NCBI RefSeq assembly: GCF_004010195.1
Contig: NC_057710.1
Coordinates: 123,917,367 to 123,981,366, forward strand
Length of the DNA: 64,000 bases
Source of the DNA: Chiloscyllium plagiosum
Lineage: Eukaryota
Direction of reading: 5' to 3'
The position numbers were made by a program, and so were the translations under genes. Each line of letters begins with the position of its first letter. Position 1 is the first letter of the stretch. The notes beneath the pieces are model-generated. The model was not told the DNA's origin. It searched no databases and saw only the letters and a program-made list of their open reading frames with translations. Of this stretch, positions 12,317 to 25,455 are shown in pieces.

Positions 12317-13579
12317 GGCTGATTGAATGGTGGAGTAGGCATCAGAGGTTGAATAGCTTACTTGTGTTCCTGTATTCCCAATTCACTGGTAATCAACAAG
12401 CACACAGCAGTTGTGCTGTCACAATTTCCAAATCTGAGCTTGTGGTGGTGGGCCATATATCTCACCATGATTGAAGGGCCAGAAAACATAACCAAGTTTT
12501 GTCTTTATTGTGTTAGGTTCTGAATTAACTGTTGGTATTCTGAAAATTTTAGAATTATCGATTTTTCCACAAGTTTGAAACCATTAGTCTTACCTATAGG
12601 TTATTGAGATTTCTATTGAAACCGCAATTTCCCTGTAAAAATGGTGTGTGAATGAGATGCTGCAATGTTTACTCTCACCAGACAACTTCTCAGCTATGTT
12701 GTCATTTTCAGGCCTGTGTGGGTTTCTGCGCATGTATGAATGATTGTGCACATCAAACACTGTCAGCCAGTATTATGAAAAGTTATTTCGGGAGGCATAG
12801 AGTTGCTGGAACGGCAAATTAACATTGATGGTTTCCTTTGGAATCCCTCCAAACCTGGTCTGACATGAAAACCAAATTAGAAATTGGTTCAACTTTACAT
12901 TAAAACCAATTTAGGTAAAATATTTACATTTACAGAGGTTACAGCATTTAAGTTGTCAAATGCAATCTGGATTTAAGCAATGTGTGCTTTTACTGCTAAT
13001 TGCTACTCTAAATAAAGATTGTCAGCAGTTGAATGTCTCTGCAAGTACACAAATAACAAAATAGTGGTTGCATTTCCTTGGAAAAGGAACTGAGTAAATA
13101 GATTTCTGATTGAAAAGCAACTAGAAAGGTACAAGCATTTTGCTACTTGTCATGTACAAGGTGTGAGAGACCTGCTGAAATCCTGGGTACCTTGCCATTG
13201 TACATATTCTGTGAGTTTTGAGAGAAGCATTTATGTATTTTTGTTAACTCACATGTTTGTGCAGATTTGAATAACCATCTAGCATTTCATGAGTTTAAAC
13301 AAAGGAAGATGATTGTTTATTTAAGTACTCACGCCAAAATGGAATGTTACAGCACCTGCTCATACAATCACACCTACAAAAGAGGAAAGTACTGTGGGAC
13401 AGAATGGTGTTCATTTTCAAGTCATATACAAAAGTTCATGAAATACATTGCCTGCCTATTGAAAGGCCTTCCTCACAGCTGTGATCATTGTCTAAACTGT
13501 ACCATCTTTATAGCTGTGTGCCGTACTCCAAAGTTTAAATGTCCAGCAGACACTTTGGAGGTTATTGTGAAAGTGTAAG

Positions 13580-14530
13580 TAAGGTTAGTGAGGGGCCAGG
13601 TGGAAGATGATTGAGGATTGGAAAACTGTCAATTTAACACCTTTATTCAAAAGGGCTAGAGATTTAAAAATGGTAACTATAGGCCAGTCAGCTTAACATC
13701 TGTAATTGGCAAAATGTTAGACTCTATTTTAAAAGATAATAGTAAACCATTTAGCAATGCATAAAATGATCATGCAGAGTCAATACGGCTTTATGAAGGG
13801 GAAGTCATACCTGATAAGTTCATTACAGGTCTTTGAGAAGTTAACAAGCAGGATAGATAAAGGGGAACAATAGATAAAATATATTTGGATTTCAAAAAAA
13901 TCATAAGGTACCACAAGGCTACTTGATAAGATAAGAGTCCATAGTAATATAATTGAATAGATAGAGGATTGGCTAAATAGTGTAAGACAGAAGGGAGTTG
14001 AGAGAATTTGGATATTTTCAGGGTGATGATCTGTAACTAGTAAATGAGCACAGGATTAATGCTGGTGCCACATTATTTACAATATATATTAATGACTTGA
14101 ATGATGGAAACAAATGTAATTTGTGGATGACAGAAAGTAGGTGGGAAGACAAGTGAGGATGACATAAAGAGACTGCAGAGGGATGTAAATGGGTTTAATA
14201 TGTGGGCAAAAGCTTGGCTATTGGAATATAATATATGAAAATATGAGGTTATATACTTTGGCAAGAAGAATAGAAAAGTTAAGTATCATTTAAATGGGCA
14301 AAGGCTGCAGAAAGCTACAACACAGAGGGACTTAAGTAGGAATCATTAAAAACCAACATCAGTTGTTAATAGAGTAGGCAAATGGAAAGTTTCAAAGTCA
14401 ATAGTAGAGAGGTCTAGGTAAAACTATGCAAGGCATTAATTAAACTGGATTGGGAATATTGCAAATAGATTTGGTCACTTTATCAAAGGAAATATATACT
14501 GGCATTGAGGGCAGTTCAGAGAAGGTTTCA
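13580..14530 (+). mobile_element. Old CR1 LINE RT region (resumes at ~16980-17130)
   Basis: Degenerate GNYRPVSLTS, QYGFMKGKS, IYLDFKK and IYINDL motifs with many stops. Confidence 0.85.
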
Positions 14531-16978
14531 TAACCACAGTTCGGTTATGTTTACTTTAGCAATGGAAAGGGATAACTATATACGCAGGGCAAGAATTATA
14601 GTGGGGGAAAGGCAATTATGATGTGAATAGGATGCATATGATGGGGAAGGAAACTGCAGGGGATGGACACAATTCAAGTGTGGAGCTCCTGTGAGTCCTT
14701 GATAAGTATGTACCTGTCAGGCGGGGAGGAAGTGGTTGAGCAAGGGAGCCGTGGTTTACTAAAGAAGTTGAATCTCTTGTCAAGAAGAAGACGAAGGCTT
14801 ATGTTGGGATGAGATGTGAAGGCTCAGTTAGGACGCTTGAGAGTGACAAGTTAGCCAGGAAAGACATAAAGAGAGAGCTGAGAGTTAGGAGGGGACTTGA
14901 GAAGTCACTAGCAGATAGGATCAAGGAAAATCCTAAAGATTTCTGTATGTATATCAGTAATAAAAGAATGACTAGAGTAAGATTAGGGCCAATCAAGGAC
15001 AAGTGGGAAGTTGTGCATGGAGTTCAAGGAGACAGGAGAAGTGCTAAATGAATATTTTTGCCAGTATTCACACTGGTAAAAAGACAATGTTGTAGAGGAC
15101 AATACTAAGATAAAGGCTACTAGATGATACGGGATTGCGATTCACAATTCTGCAAAGTGTGAAAATAGATAAGTCCCCTGGGCCAGATGAGATTTATCCT
15201 AGGATGCTCTGGGAAGCCAGCAAGTAGATTGCAGAGCCTTTGGTTTTGATCTTTATGTCGTCATTGTCTACAGGAATAGTGCAAGAAGACAGGGGGACAG
15301 CAGATGTTGTTCCCTTGTTCAAGAAGTGGAGTAGAGACAACTCTGGTAATTATAGACTAGTGAGCCTTATTTCGGTTGTGGGTAAAGTGTTGGAAAAGGT
15401 TATAACAGATAGGATTTATAATCATCTAGAAAGGAATAAGTTGATCAGGAAAAGTGAACACGGTTTTGTGAAGGGTAGGTTGTGCCTCACAGACCTTCTT
15501 GAGTTCTTTGAGAAGGTGACCAAACAAGTGGATGAGGGTAATGTGGTTGATGTGGTGTATATGGATTTCAGTAAGGAGTTTGATAAGGTGCCCCATGGTA
15601 GGCTATTGCACAAAATATGGAGGCATGGGATTGAGGGTGATTTAGTGGTTTGAATAAGAACTTGGCTAGCTGAAAGATGACAGAAGGTGGTGGTTGATGG
15701 GAAATGTTCATCCTGGAGTTCAGTTACGAGTGGTGTACGGCAAGGGTCTATTTTGGGGCCACTGCTACTTGTTATTTTTATAAACGACCTGGATGAGAGC
15801 CGAGAAGGATGGATTAGTAAATTTGCAGATGACACTAAGGTCAATGGAGTTGTGGATAGTGATGAAGGATGTTGCAGGTTACAAAGGGACATAGAAAAGT
15901 TGCAGAGCTGGGCTGAGAGGTGGCAAATGGAGTTTAATGTGGAAAAGTGTGAGGTGATTCACTTTGGAAGGGGCAACAGGAATAAAGAGCACCTGGCTAA
16001 CGTAAGATTCTTGGTAGTGTAGATGATCAGAGAGATCTCGCTCTCCATGTACATAGAACCCTAAAAGTTGCCACCCAGGTTGATAGGGTTGTTAAGAAGT
16101 CATATGGTATGGTCGCTTTTATTGGTAGAGGGATTGAGTTTTGGAGCCATGAGGCCATGTTGCAGCTGTACAAAACTCCGATGTGGCCGCACTTGGAGTA
16201 TTGCATACACTTCTGGTCACTGCATTGTAGGAAGGATGTGGAAGCTTTGGAAAGGGTTCAGAAGAGATTTACTCGGATAATGCCAGGTATGGAGGGAAAG
16301 TGTTATGAGGAAAGGCTAATGGACTTACTAAGGCTGTTTTCGTTAGAGAGAAGAAGGTTGAGAGGTGACTTAATTGAAACATATAAATTATTCAGAGGGT
16401 TAGATAGGGTGGAGAGAGACAGCCTTTTTCCTCAGATGGTGATGGCTAGCGCAAGGGGACATAGCTTTAAACTGAGAGGTGATAAATATAGGACAGATGT
16501 CAGAGGTAGTTTCTTTACTCAGAGAGTAATAGGAGGATGGATTGCCCTGCCTGCAACAGTTGTAGACTCACCAACTTTAAAGGCATTTCAATGGTCATTG
16601 AATAAACATATGGATTAGATTCCCTACAGTGTGGAAACAGGCCCTTCGGCCAACAAGTCCACACCGACCCTCCGAAGTGTAACCCACCAAGACTTATTTC
16701 CCTACATATACCCCTGAACACTATGGGCAATTTAGCATGGTCAATTCTCCTGACCTGTACATCTTTTGGACTGTGGGAGGAAACCGAAGCACCCAGAGGA
16801 AAACCACGTAGACACGGGGAGAATGTGCAAACTCCACACAGACAGCTGTCTGAGGCCGGAATCAAACCCGGATGAAAATGGAATAGTATAGGATAGATGG
16901 GCTTCAGATTGGTTCCATTGGCCGGCGCAACATCGAGGGCGGAAGGGCCTGTACTATACTGTAATGTTCTATGTTTAT
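14530..16978 (+). mobile_element. Younger CR1 LINE (HER1-like), 5'-truncated, nested in an older CR1
   Basis: ORFs 15240..15653 (NYRLVSL, HGFVKGR, VYMDFSKEFDKVPH), 15687..16022 (QGSILGP, FINDL, KFADDTK) and 16109..16618. Ends in a tgttcta-type tail. Confidence 0.93.
16614..16870 (-). mobile_element. HE1-like V-SINE, 5'-truncated, inserted in the CR1 3' region
   Basis: Matches the 43623-43931 copy. 'ggat' is repeated at both junctions. Confidence 0.88.
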
Positions 16979-19388
16979 TCATCTGATTCTGTGTATGGAG
17001 GTTTTTCTTATGAAGAATAGTTTGGGATTTTCCTCACTGAAATTCAGAAGAATGAGAGGAGTCTTTACTGAAACATATAGTACTCGTAAGGAGCTTGGCA
17101 GGGTATATGTGTTGCTTTCCCTTGACAGTCCAGGTAAATGGATGAGTATTTATTTGTAGGTCAGAATGGTCTGGTCCATAAAAGAAGGTGGGTGTCGAGT
17201 CCAGCTGGATCAGGCCAGGTTGGGGTTGGAAGGGAGATGGTGTTGTTTTGAGGTTTTGTTGAGCTTTTGATCTTGATGGAGTCAGGGTAGGGATGTCAGT
17301 TGTAGTGTTCCTGGGATTTGTGGGGAGTTTCATTGGGGAGTCTGTGGTAACTCAAGAGTTCAGGTTAATACATACTCAGGAGTTAGAGGAGATTTTCAGT
17401 CCTCTAGTTTTTCCTGGGTAGGTACTACATACAAACATGTTGTTACTTTTTTTTCCAATATGACTCTTCTTAGGAACTGTTCTGATGTTCTGTAGAAAAC
17501 TCATATCAGACTGAAAACATTTAACACTTTCACTCTCCACAGCTGTTGCCAAACCTGCTGAGTTTCTCCATCACTTTCCTTGTTCTTCCCTTTATCTAAC
17601 CAAGAGACATTGCTCACACCAATTAAGAATTATTCTCAGGAATATTGGGATGCAGGCTGATACGTATCATTTCTCCCTCCTGACTTTATTTGGGCAACTT
17701 TTTGATTAAGAATAGAAACACAGAAATACATTATCATGTAGAAGTTCATGGAAATGATCTTTCATGCAACCAAACTGGAAAGGGCCAACATCATAAAGGA
17801 AGGAAAAGAAGTGACTTCAAATTATGTCCAAATCTGTCAGGATGTTTAACATGTATCATGCAATATTTTTATAATTGACTTAGTGAAAATAATGAATATT
17901 TAACCAAATGTTCCCAATATACAAACCTATAATAAACATAGACAGGGGAAGTGGTAGAGACAGTATTTCCGTATCAAACTGAAGTTGCACTTAGTTTAGC
18001 TTCTCTGTTTAAGGTCAAAGGTCCCAATTGTAGCCTGAGCATAGAATGTTTTAGGTGGAAAACAGGAGTTGGGAATGTTTCTGGACTCAAACCCACCCCC
18101 AGGGAGCAAAAGGACATTGATTGACACACTCCTCAAATTGGGATAGCAACAAAGAACCAGTCTAATTAAGGGTGGTTGGCAGATCTAAAAACATGAGAGA
18201 CTATCAGAAGCCTTCAACTTCAGAAGAACACCAAGCGACAGCTAAGGAGAAGTAGCTGAGAGAATATCTGAACAAGAAGCAGTCCTCTCATCAGTTTTAA
18301 AAATAAATTTAATTCAAAGGATAGAGAAAGCACACTTGCTTGGAGGGAAAGTTTTTCTGCAGGGTAGCTTTTGAATGCAACCACACCCAGGGTGGCAGGA
18401 AAGGCTGGAGCACTAGCAGGTAAATAGGTGCCTACCTCCTAGCTATTGGTTTGGCCCATATAATGGAGGAAAATTGGAAGCCAACTGGAAAATCTCAGTT
18501 AACCTCCTTTATATCCCTGAGCAATTCTGTAAAATGAAACTAATTAGCTGACCTGCCATCATAATGTGTGTTTTTGCCTTTAGCGAGGTATTTGTACCTG
18601 ATGAGGTAATACTTAAGTTACCTCCTGTAACATAAGAACTAGATGTGGGAATCATGCTACTGAAAAATGAAATTTATGTTTATTACAATTCTTGGCATGT
18701 GCATATATTACAGTCACAAGCACTTCAGTGGATTAATACTAATCAGGTTGGTTACAAATATTAGCACATTTCGATCAGTGTATATTACTTTAAGATGGAG
18801 TCTGTAATCTTCAAGGCATCAGTCCCATGTTATGGTATTGTAGCCCACCTTGAATCTATCTTGACAGAAATGTCTGAATGGGAATGAGCTTGAAAACAAA
18901 AGCACATAAGCCTGATCTGGCTTTATGCTATCAATGGTTTTTTTTATATTGAGAGAAATAATTGCTTTTGATCAACTAAATTGTATGTTATCTATAGAGC
19001 TGTAGTTAAATCGTCTACAATCCCACCTTAAGTTGGATGATCTTACTATTCTTTTAAATATTTTAATTGACTAATCTGCATTAAGGTTTTCTATCTGACA
19101 AAATAAACAACTTCTTTGTAAACTCTCATACAAGAGTATCTACCCTTATAATAAATCTTGAACCAAACATTTTCAGGCAGCTATGTAATATATATTAATG
19201 AATTGGTAGCTGATAGAGAACGAGTTGTTACCTAACATATAAGTGAACTGTTTTAACTATAGTTTGCACAAAATGTTATAAACCAGATGAACCAACAACA
19301 TTCTTGATTGTACATATTCATAGTTGGGAAGACTATTGTCACAGCTGCTGTCTAACATCAAAAATAACTTAAATAAACCTCAACAATG

Positions 19389-19405
19389 CACCACCAGATG
19401 GTGCA
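19389..19405 (+). promoter_or_regulatory. CTCF-like motif
   Basis: caCCACCAGATGGTGCa is close to the vertebrate CTCF core consensus. Motif only, no functional evidence. Confidence 0.3.
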
Positions 19406-20268
19406 TAGAACCCTTTTAAGCTGCATTTCAGTGATGAGACTATTGTTTTTTTTAGGTCCAAAATTGGATATTCTAAATTGACTCAAAACTGGAGGAATTG
19501 GGCCTGACAGAAAATTGACCAAAGTAAATTAAACAGAAACCAGTAGCTACCTGCTACAGAAAACAGTGGAAACAGTGGAAAGACATTACAGAGGTTCATA
19601 GGTAACCAGTTACAACCAGCTTGAGGGTTGTGTATGAGAGAAATGTCAATCGGATGTTCTAGCATCTTCACTGCCTGATTATGTGCACTTTACACTTCCC
19701 GGCATGGCAACTGTGAAGGGCGATAGTGTGACCCCATTGGATGATTTGAACCCAGTTCATAACCCCATTTGCCAAAGGCCATAGAACCCTCTGGAAGGGC
19801 TGGGGAGAAGGGGATAAAATCACGGATGCAATGAAGACTCAGTAAAAACTCGGTGAGCCCAGTAGCAGAACTCCAACCACCTGGGGAGACTAAGAGAGAG
19901 AGAGAGAAAGAAGGAAGATCCGCCCTGACCTGCAAGACTCACCTTCATGGAAGAGACCCAGCTAAAACATATGGAGTGTCGTGGGTAATATCATTTCTCA
20001 GTGGACAGAGCTAGATAGAGATTAAGCAGTATGAGAATTTGGGAAATGCTCACATGGTGTTTTTAATAAGGAATATTTTGCTAATAAAAAAGAGTTGTAC
20101 CACAAACCAAATTCTGTGTCCTTTTGTCTGCCTCATCAACAAGAGCATTTAGGTAAAACATTTTTAGTTCATAAATTAGTCACAGTGTCAAAACATGGAT
20201 AACGTGAGACTAATGAGGTGTTAACTTGTGCTAATGTTTAGAAATATGCATGTGGGTACTTAGTAATG

Positions 20269-20467
20269 AGATAGGTAAAAACAATGACTGCAGATGCTGG
20301 AAACCAGATTCTGGATTAGTGGTGCTGGAAGAGCACAGCAGTTCAGGCAGCATCCGAGGAGCAGTAAAATCGACATTTCGAGCAAAGTGCTTTTGCCCAA
20401 AACGTCGACTTTACTGCTCCTCGGATGCTGCCTGAACTGCTGTGCTCTTCCAGCACCACTAATCAGA
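20269..20467. mobile_element. Fold-back PLE-terminus element (family of the 1-2185 PLE) with 11-bp TSD
   Basis: TSD acttagtaatg at 20258-20268 and 20468-20478. Inverted arms span ~20314-20464 and are nearly identical to 2103-2180. Confidence 0.88.
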
Positions 20468-20769
20468 ACTTAGTAATGCGAGCCTTGTCTTACTCAAAAC
20501 TTGGTTAGCAAATTGAGCTTCTTGCTCTCAATGTTGAGAAGCACTTCAGTGGCCATCTCACACAATTTTCACATTTTTATTACTGTGGATCTCTTGTACA
20601 GGCGCTAGAAAGATTCCACCTTGTGTGAACAATGGAAATGCAAAAACTGGTAAGAATAATACACTGTTAATGCGTGAGTCCAGTTGTGTACTTATTATGA
20701 AACTTGGTTAACTCAGTTACAAATAGTGCATGCAAATTTGTTTTTGTTGTCCGTTGTGAAAAGAAAAAT

Positions 20770-20900
20770 GAAAATCGAAAGAACTACAGATGCTGTAAAT
20801 CAAAAACAAAACAGAAGTTGCTGGAAAAGCTCAACAGGTCTGCCAGCATCTGTGAAAAGAAATCAAAATTAAAGTTTCAGGTCCGCTGACTGTTTCCCAG
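20770..20900 (-). mobile_element. PLE terminal fragment
   Basis: 'actacagatgctgtaaatc...gctggaaaagctcaacaggtctgccagcatctgtg' is shared with other PLE-end copies. Confidence 0.6.
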
Positions 20901-20930
20901 ACTGGAAGTGAAAAGGAGAATGTTTGGATT

Positions 20931-21305
20931 GGTTTACAAAATTATGAGGGGCATGGATAGGATAAATAGACAAAGTCTTTTCCCTGGGATCGGGGAGTCC
21001 AGAACTAGAGGGCATAGGTTTAGGGTGAGAGGGGAAAGATATAAAAGAGACCTAAGGGGCGGCTTTTTCACGCAGAGGGTGGTGCATGTATGGAATGAGC
21101 CGCCGGAGGAAGTGGTGGAGGCTGGTACAATTGCAACATTTAAGAGGCATTTGGATGGGTAGATGAATAGGAAGGGTTTGGAGGGATATGGGCCGGGTGC
21201 TGGCAAGTGGGACTAGATTGGGTTGGGATATCTGGTCGGGATGGACGGGTTGGACCGAAGAGTCTGTTTCCATGCTGTACATCTCTATGACTCTAAGATT
21301 CTATG
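20931..21305 (+). mobile_element. Young CR1 LINE 3' end
   Basis: ORF 20908..21162 (YKIMRGMDR...TRGH...FFTQRVV..WN) with a ctatga-type tail. Near-identical to 29727-30091. Confidence 0.93.
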
Positions 21306-21487
21306 TACAAATGCCCTCCTGGTCTTCTGTAGTAATGTAGCCTGAACCATGAGGCTCACCCGTTGGAAGTGGCCAATTTTTACTGACACATAATAAAGCT
21401 GCTGAACAGACAACATTGCTTTCTGGTGAGCACAAAATACAAGGCATTTCTGGGCAATATTCCTGCTGTTTTATCCTCTTTTTGCAG

Positions 21488-21496
21488 ACCTCCAAG
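21488..21496 (+). other. Candidate 9-nt microexon (ACCTCCAAG)
   Basis: cctgctgttttatcctctttttgcAG | ACCTCCAAG | GTaaat: strong polypyrimidine tract, upstream TGC, frame-preserving length, in apparently non-repeat sequence. Confidence 0.4.
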
Positions 21497-22264
21497 GTAA
21501 ATGTATAGCAGTGACTTCCAGAAATGGAAGTCAATTCTGTGAACGGCATCAGCAATCAATACCTTTATGAGAGAAATAAAGAAAATTGGCAGAGGATCTC
21601 ACAATTAAAAAATGAATCCTCTATCATTAGATAAGGTCACAAAGTTTTTCAAAATTTTAATTGTCTTTCATATTTTCTCCAAATAATATTCAGTATATGC
21701 TTCAAAGTATTTTGCTCTGTTTATAATTGTTCCACAGTGTTGTTTGAAAAATGATTTATTTAAAATTGGTTAAGTTCTTATTAATACTGATGAATCAATG
21801 GAGCCTGGCCCACTTCAATCTGATTTACTTGTACCAATGAAAAGCTATGACTGCCCAAACTGAATTAATTTATTTTGTATTTTCTACAATGGATTTTGTT
21901 TTTGTGCACAATGAGAAAAAGAAGTTACGAGCTGCCACGGCATTTTATGAAGACTAAAATATCTTGATGCTGACTTCCAGCTGAAAGAATATCTATTGAG
22001 ATATCTTGGTTGCTGACAGGTGTTAATATTTTATAGCGGCAGATGGTGCCTATCTCACCATGCATGAAATGAAGCACGTTATTGAATTATATTGATTCTT
22101 AACACAAAGCATTTTTACAATAGCTCTCCTAACACTTCATTATCTATCAAAAGAAACCTTGGCTATGCTTCATGAATATGAAAATGAGATAAGAATATTT
22201 CTCATATATTTCTTTCACTTTTCTATAGATCAATACAAACTGATAATGGACACCAACTGATAAT

Positions 22265-24385
22265 CCAGGCAGATTCTCATAGTGGTCTGAACAATGTGGG
22301 CTGTGGTGAGATTTCAGTCTGATGAGACATCAGATGAGGCCTATCTCAACATCCAGAGCACCTTGTTATCTTTTATTATGTTTTTGCCACTTGGTGAGGC
22401 AATAGCGAGTTGGCAATTAGGAGAAATTATAACTTGTAAAAATGCTTTATTAATCTTACAACTCACCTCATTAATATCCAGATTGCCATTGTACCAAATG
22501 TACCAAATAAGATTGATGTCAAGAATTCTGAATATGTAAGTCCGAGCACCAACCTGGAGCCTTCAGCTTGCCACTGGCTGTGAGAACCCTACCCGATGCT
22601 CAGCACCAAACAGCATCTGAGGGCACAATCCATGGGCACCAGCCACATGCACTCCTCATCCATGGACATTGTCATTTGGTATTTGCCAATCCCTCAGTCC
22701 ACTTGCAGGCCCTTTAGGAAGCATAGACCTACATTGTACAGTACACTGCCAACTGGAATGAAAGGCTGCTGCAAGGACACTTTGCGAAAGAGGCAGGCAT
22801 CCAGTTCACTGATTGGACCAGGTTGCATTTCAGGGTTCTTCACTTGCTCCCTTAGTGCTCGCCCTTTTAGTACCTGTCTGCAGCATTCCTGCCTTCTCTT
22901 GCCTTTCCATGCCATGCCTATTAGTGCGTTGGCATTTATGTTTGGGCCAAAGGTTGTTATGACTGTCAGATTGATGTTCTGTCTTGTGCAGACTCAGACA
23001 GGCTTCTTGTCAGTGAGGAATTGTCCAAGATTAGGGGTTAGGGGGGCCTGGTTTCCTGTCTAACACATCTAAATGTCAGTTTAACATCTGCAATATGTGC
23101 CAGCTGCCTACGCAGCAAACACCACTGCACATTTATTCAACCAGACAGCCATCTCAGAGGTCAGTCCAGGCAAGGGATGAGGATTTGGGATGGTATCTAT
23201 ACAGGGTCCTGCTAAATCAATCATGAACAAAGACTGCACAAAGTCCAGGGCTTGACTTGGTCAGTCATCTGCTTGGTTAGATTAGAGTCATGGATATGTC
23301 CAACTACAGTCCCACAATAGTCAGTCTTGAAGGCCCATACAAGCATCCAGACGAATCACATATTGTCAGTAGAGTAGCTGAAAGACAGTGGTCAATCATG
23401 TTTATCGTCTGAATGTCAAAGTTGATTAGAGTTCTGGGTAAGTACAGTCCTCGGTGTTCTTTCCATGATTGTTGAGGAGTGTGCCCCTATAGGAGCAAAA
23501 AGGGATCACTGTCAAAAAAAGTAGAAGAGTAAAGACTAGGTAGGGGTGGAATCAGAAGAAGAGCTGGAGCATGCAACAAGGTGATGTACTCAGTGTTGAG
23601 GAGATGGGACAAGAAGAGCAGTCTTCTGAGGAGATTACTGGGCAGGTAGAAGCTCTCCTTGTGCCTGACAGTGCTCAGCTGCATCAGGCTCTGTAAGCCA
23701 GACACCTGATCCAGTAGATGAGGGTTTAGTGCAGAAGACCATCATGGACTGTCAAATAGATATTGGTCACAATATCAGCACTTGATTGGGCTGTGGTTTG
23801 TCACCACAATGCCATGTTTGTTTTGAAAATTGCAGTTCAGGTATAAGTAAAAACACATCTTTGAAATTGTGCGATTGCTTGCCTGTTTATGATGTTCTCC
23901 TTTTGGGCAATGACAAGCTGCTGTTGTCTAGAGAGCATTGGAGACAGATCAGCTATGGATAGATAAACTGTGTGGCCTAATGATTAAGCAGTAACTATGG
24001 TCAGTGAATGGAGTTGTGTATATGAGGGAGAGTCAGACATGCTGGCTATGTGTCTTGACCAATATGGTTTGTGGACTCTTATGCTATTATGTTGCCAGTG
24101 AGGGGCAATGTCAGATTGCCAGTGCTGGTCAGGGTACACAGATGGCTTGGATGCAAGGGATGCCAGTCTTTCACCAGATATCCACTGAGTCACAAGTTCT
24201 TCTGGGAACTGTGCATTGTAAGGTAGGAGTAGAACTGGATGTGAGGGACACTGTGGGCAAGGTAAGTAATTAATGAAGTGAACTTGGCATGACGTGAGAA
24301 ATTTTATTAAGCTTCACAATGAAAACATTCCTAAAAATTTCAACACACCTTATACTTCGCCAAAAAAGGGAGATTCAGCCCCATA
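22265..24385. mobile_element. Degenerate Harbinger-like DNA element
   Basis: Internal similarity to 3232-5273 (gcaaggacacttt...ggaccagg) and a right end 'gagattcagcccc' resembling the same TIR. Boundaries approximate. Confidence 0.4.
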
Positions 24386-25455
24386 TGTTTGTTTGTTCAA
24401 AATATTTTATACTTTACAGAAGCGTTTGAAATGTTCTAAAATAGTGTAATTGTAATTTCCTTGACTATTTGTGTTATAATGAATTATCAACATAGTATCT
24501 CAATTTTCTTGGCATTAAGTCACTTATGATTTTGCTTTATTTTTAATGCACTGGTAATATAATTGCATCAAGTTCAAGCTTGCACTGTTCTAAACTAGGT
24601 GTTATTTTAGTTTTAAATAGGCTAATTATGAGAATGACACAAATGGAAATTTTATACAAATGTTAACCCTATAGATGAAATAATAATTTTAGTCCCTAAG
24701 TAGTTTGCAACAGGTTTGGAATATAAAACACCCTTTACAAGGATTATATAATGCTTAGAGGGTTTTACTATTCTTGGATATTTGTGCTTTTCCCTTTGTA
24801 AATATATTGTCCAAAATGGAACAGGTCATTCTGCTATAACACGCATTTCATTATTGCAAATTGGCTATAACATTACCAAATTGTGTGCACTGTTTCTAAA
24901 GTGTGAACTTTTTAAACATGTTGATGATGTAATTGTGTTGGCAGTAATGCAATTACATCGTCAACATTTTAAGCACTGTTTCTAAAGAGTGATTTTTCTA
25001 TAATGCGGTATTGCACAAGAATAAAATCATTGCTTTATAGAAGAACTACGAGTACTGCCAATATATGCAAATGTTATCTCAAAGAACATAAATATATCTC
25101 AGTATCATTACTAAATCCCATGGGATATAATCTAATCCGCATTTCAAATAATTCTGATGTGGACCTGTGCACCATGAAGTATTAAATCTCCATGATATCA
25201 ATACAGATTTAAAAGGCCATTTTTCAAATCCAGTTTCCATCTTGGGAATTAAATTCACAGGTTGATTCTGAATTCAATTTTACAAAATAAGGATGCAGTC
25301 ATTACATTTTTCTTCTAGTAAATTGTCAGATGCTATAATATTGTATTCTACTTGGAATTGTTGTCAAAATTATATATGCAAAATTTATTTTGTTCTCTAG
25401 CACCAATAGATTCAGAATTATTTATTGATATGTTTGTGTATTTTATTGTTAGAGA

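Noticed and set aside
15422..16982. 155-156 aa minus-strand ORFs
   Set aside because: Antisense shadows of CR1 ORF2 and the HE1 SINE.
22596..23063. 155-aa plus-strand ORF
   Set aside because: Lies in a decayed Harbinger-like element and has no recognisable domain.
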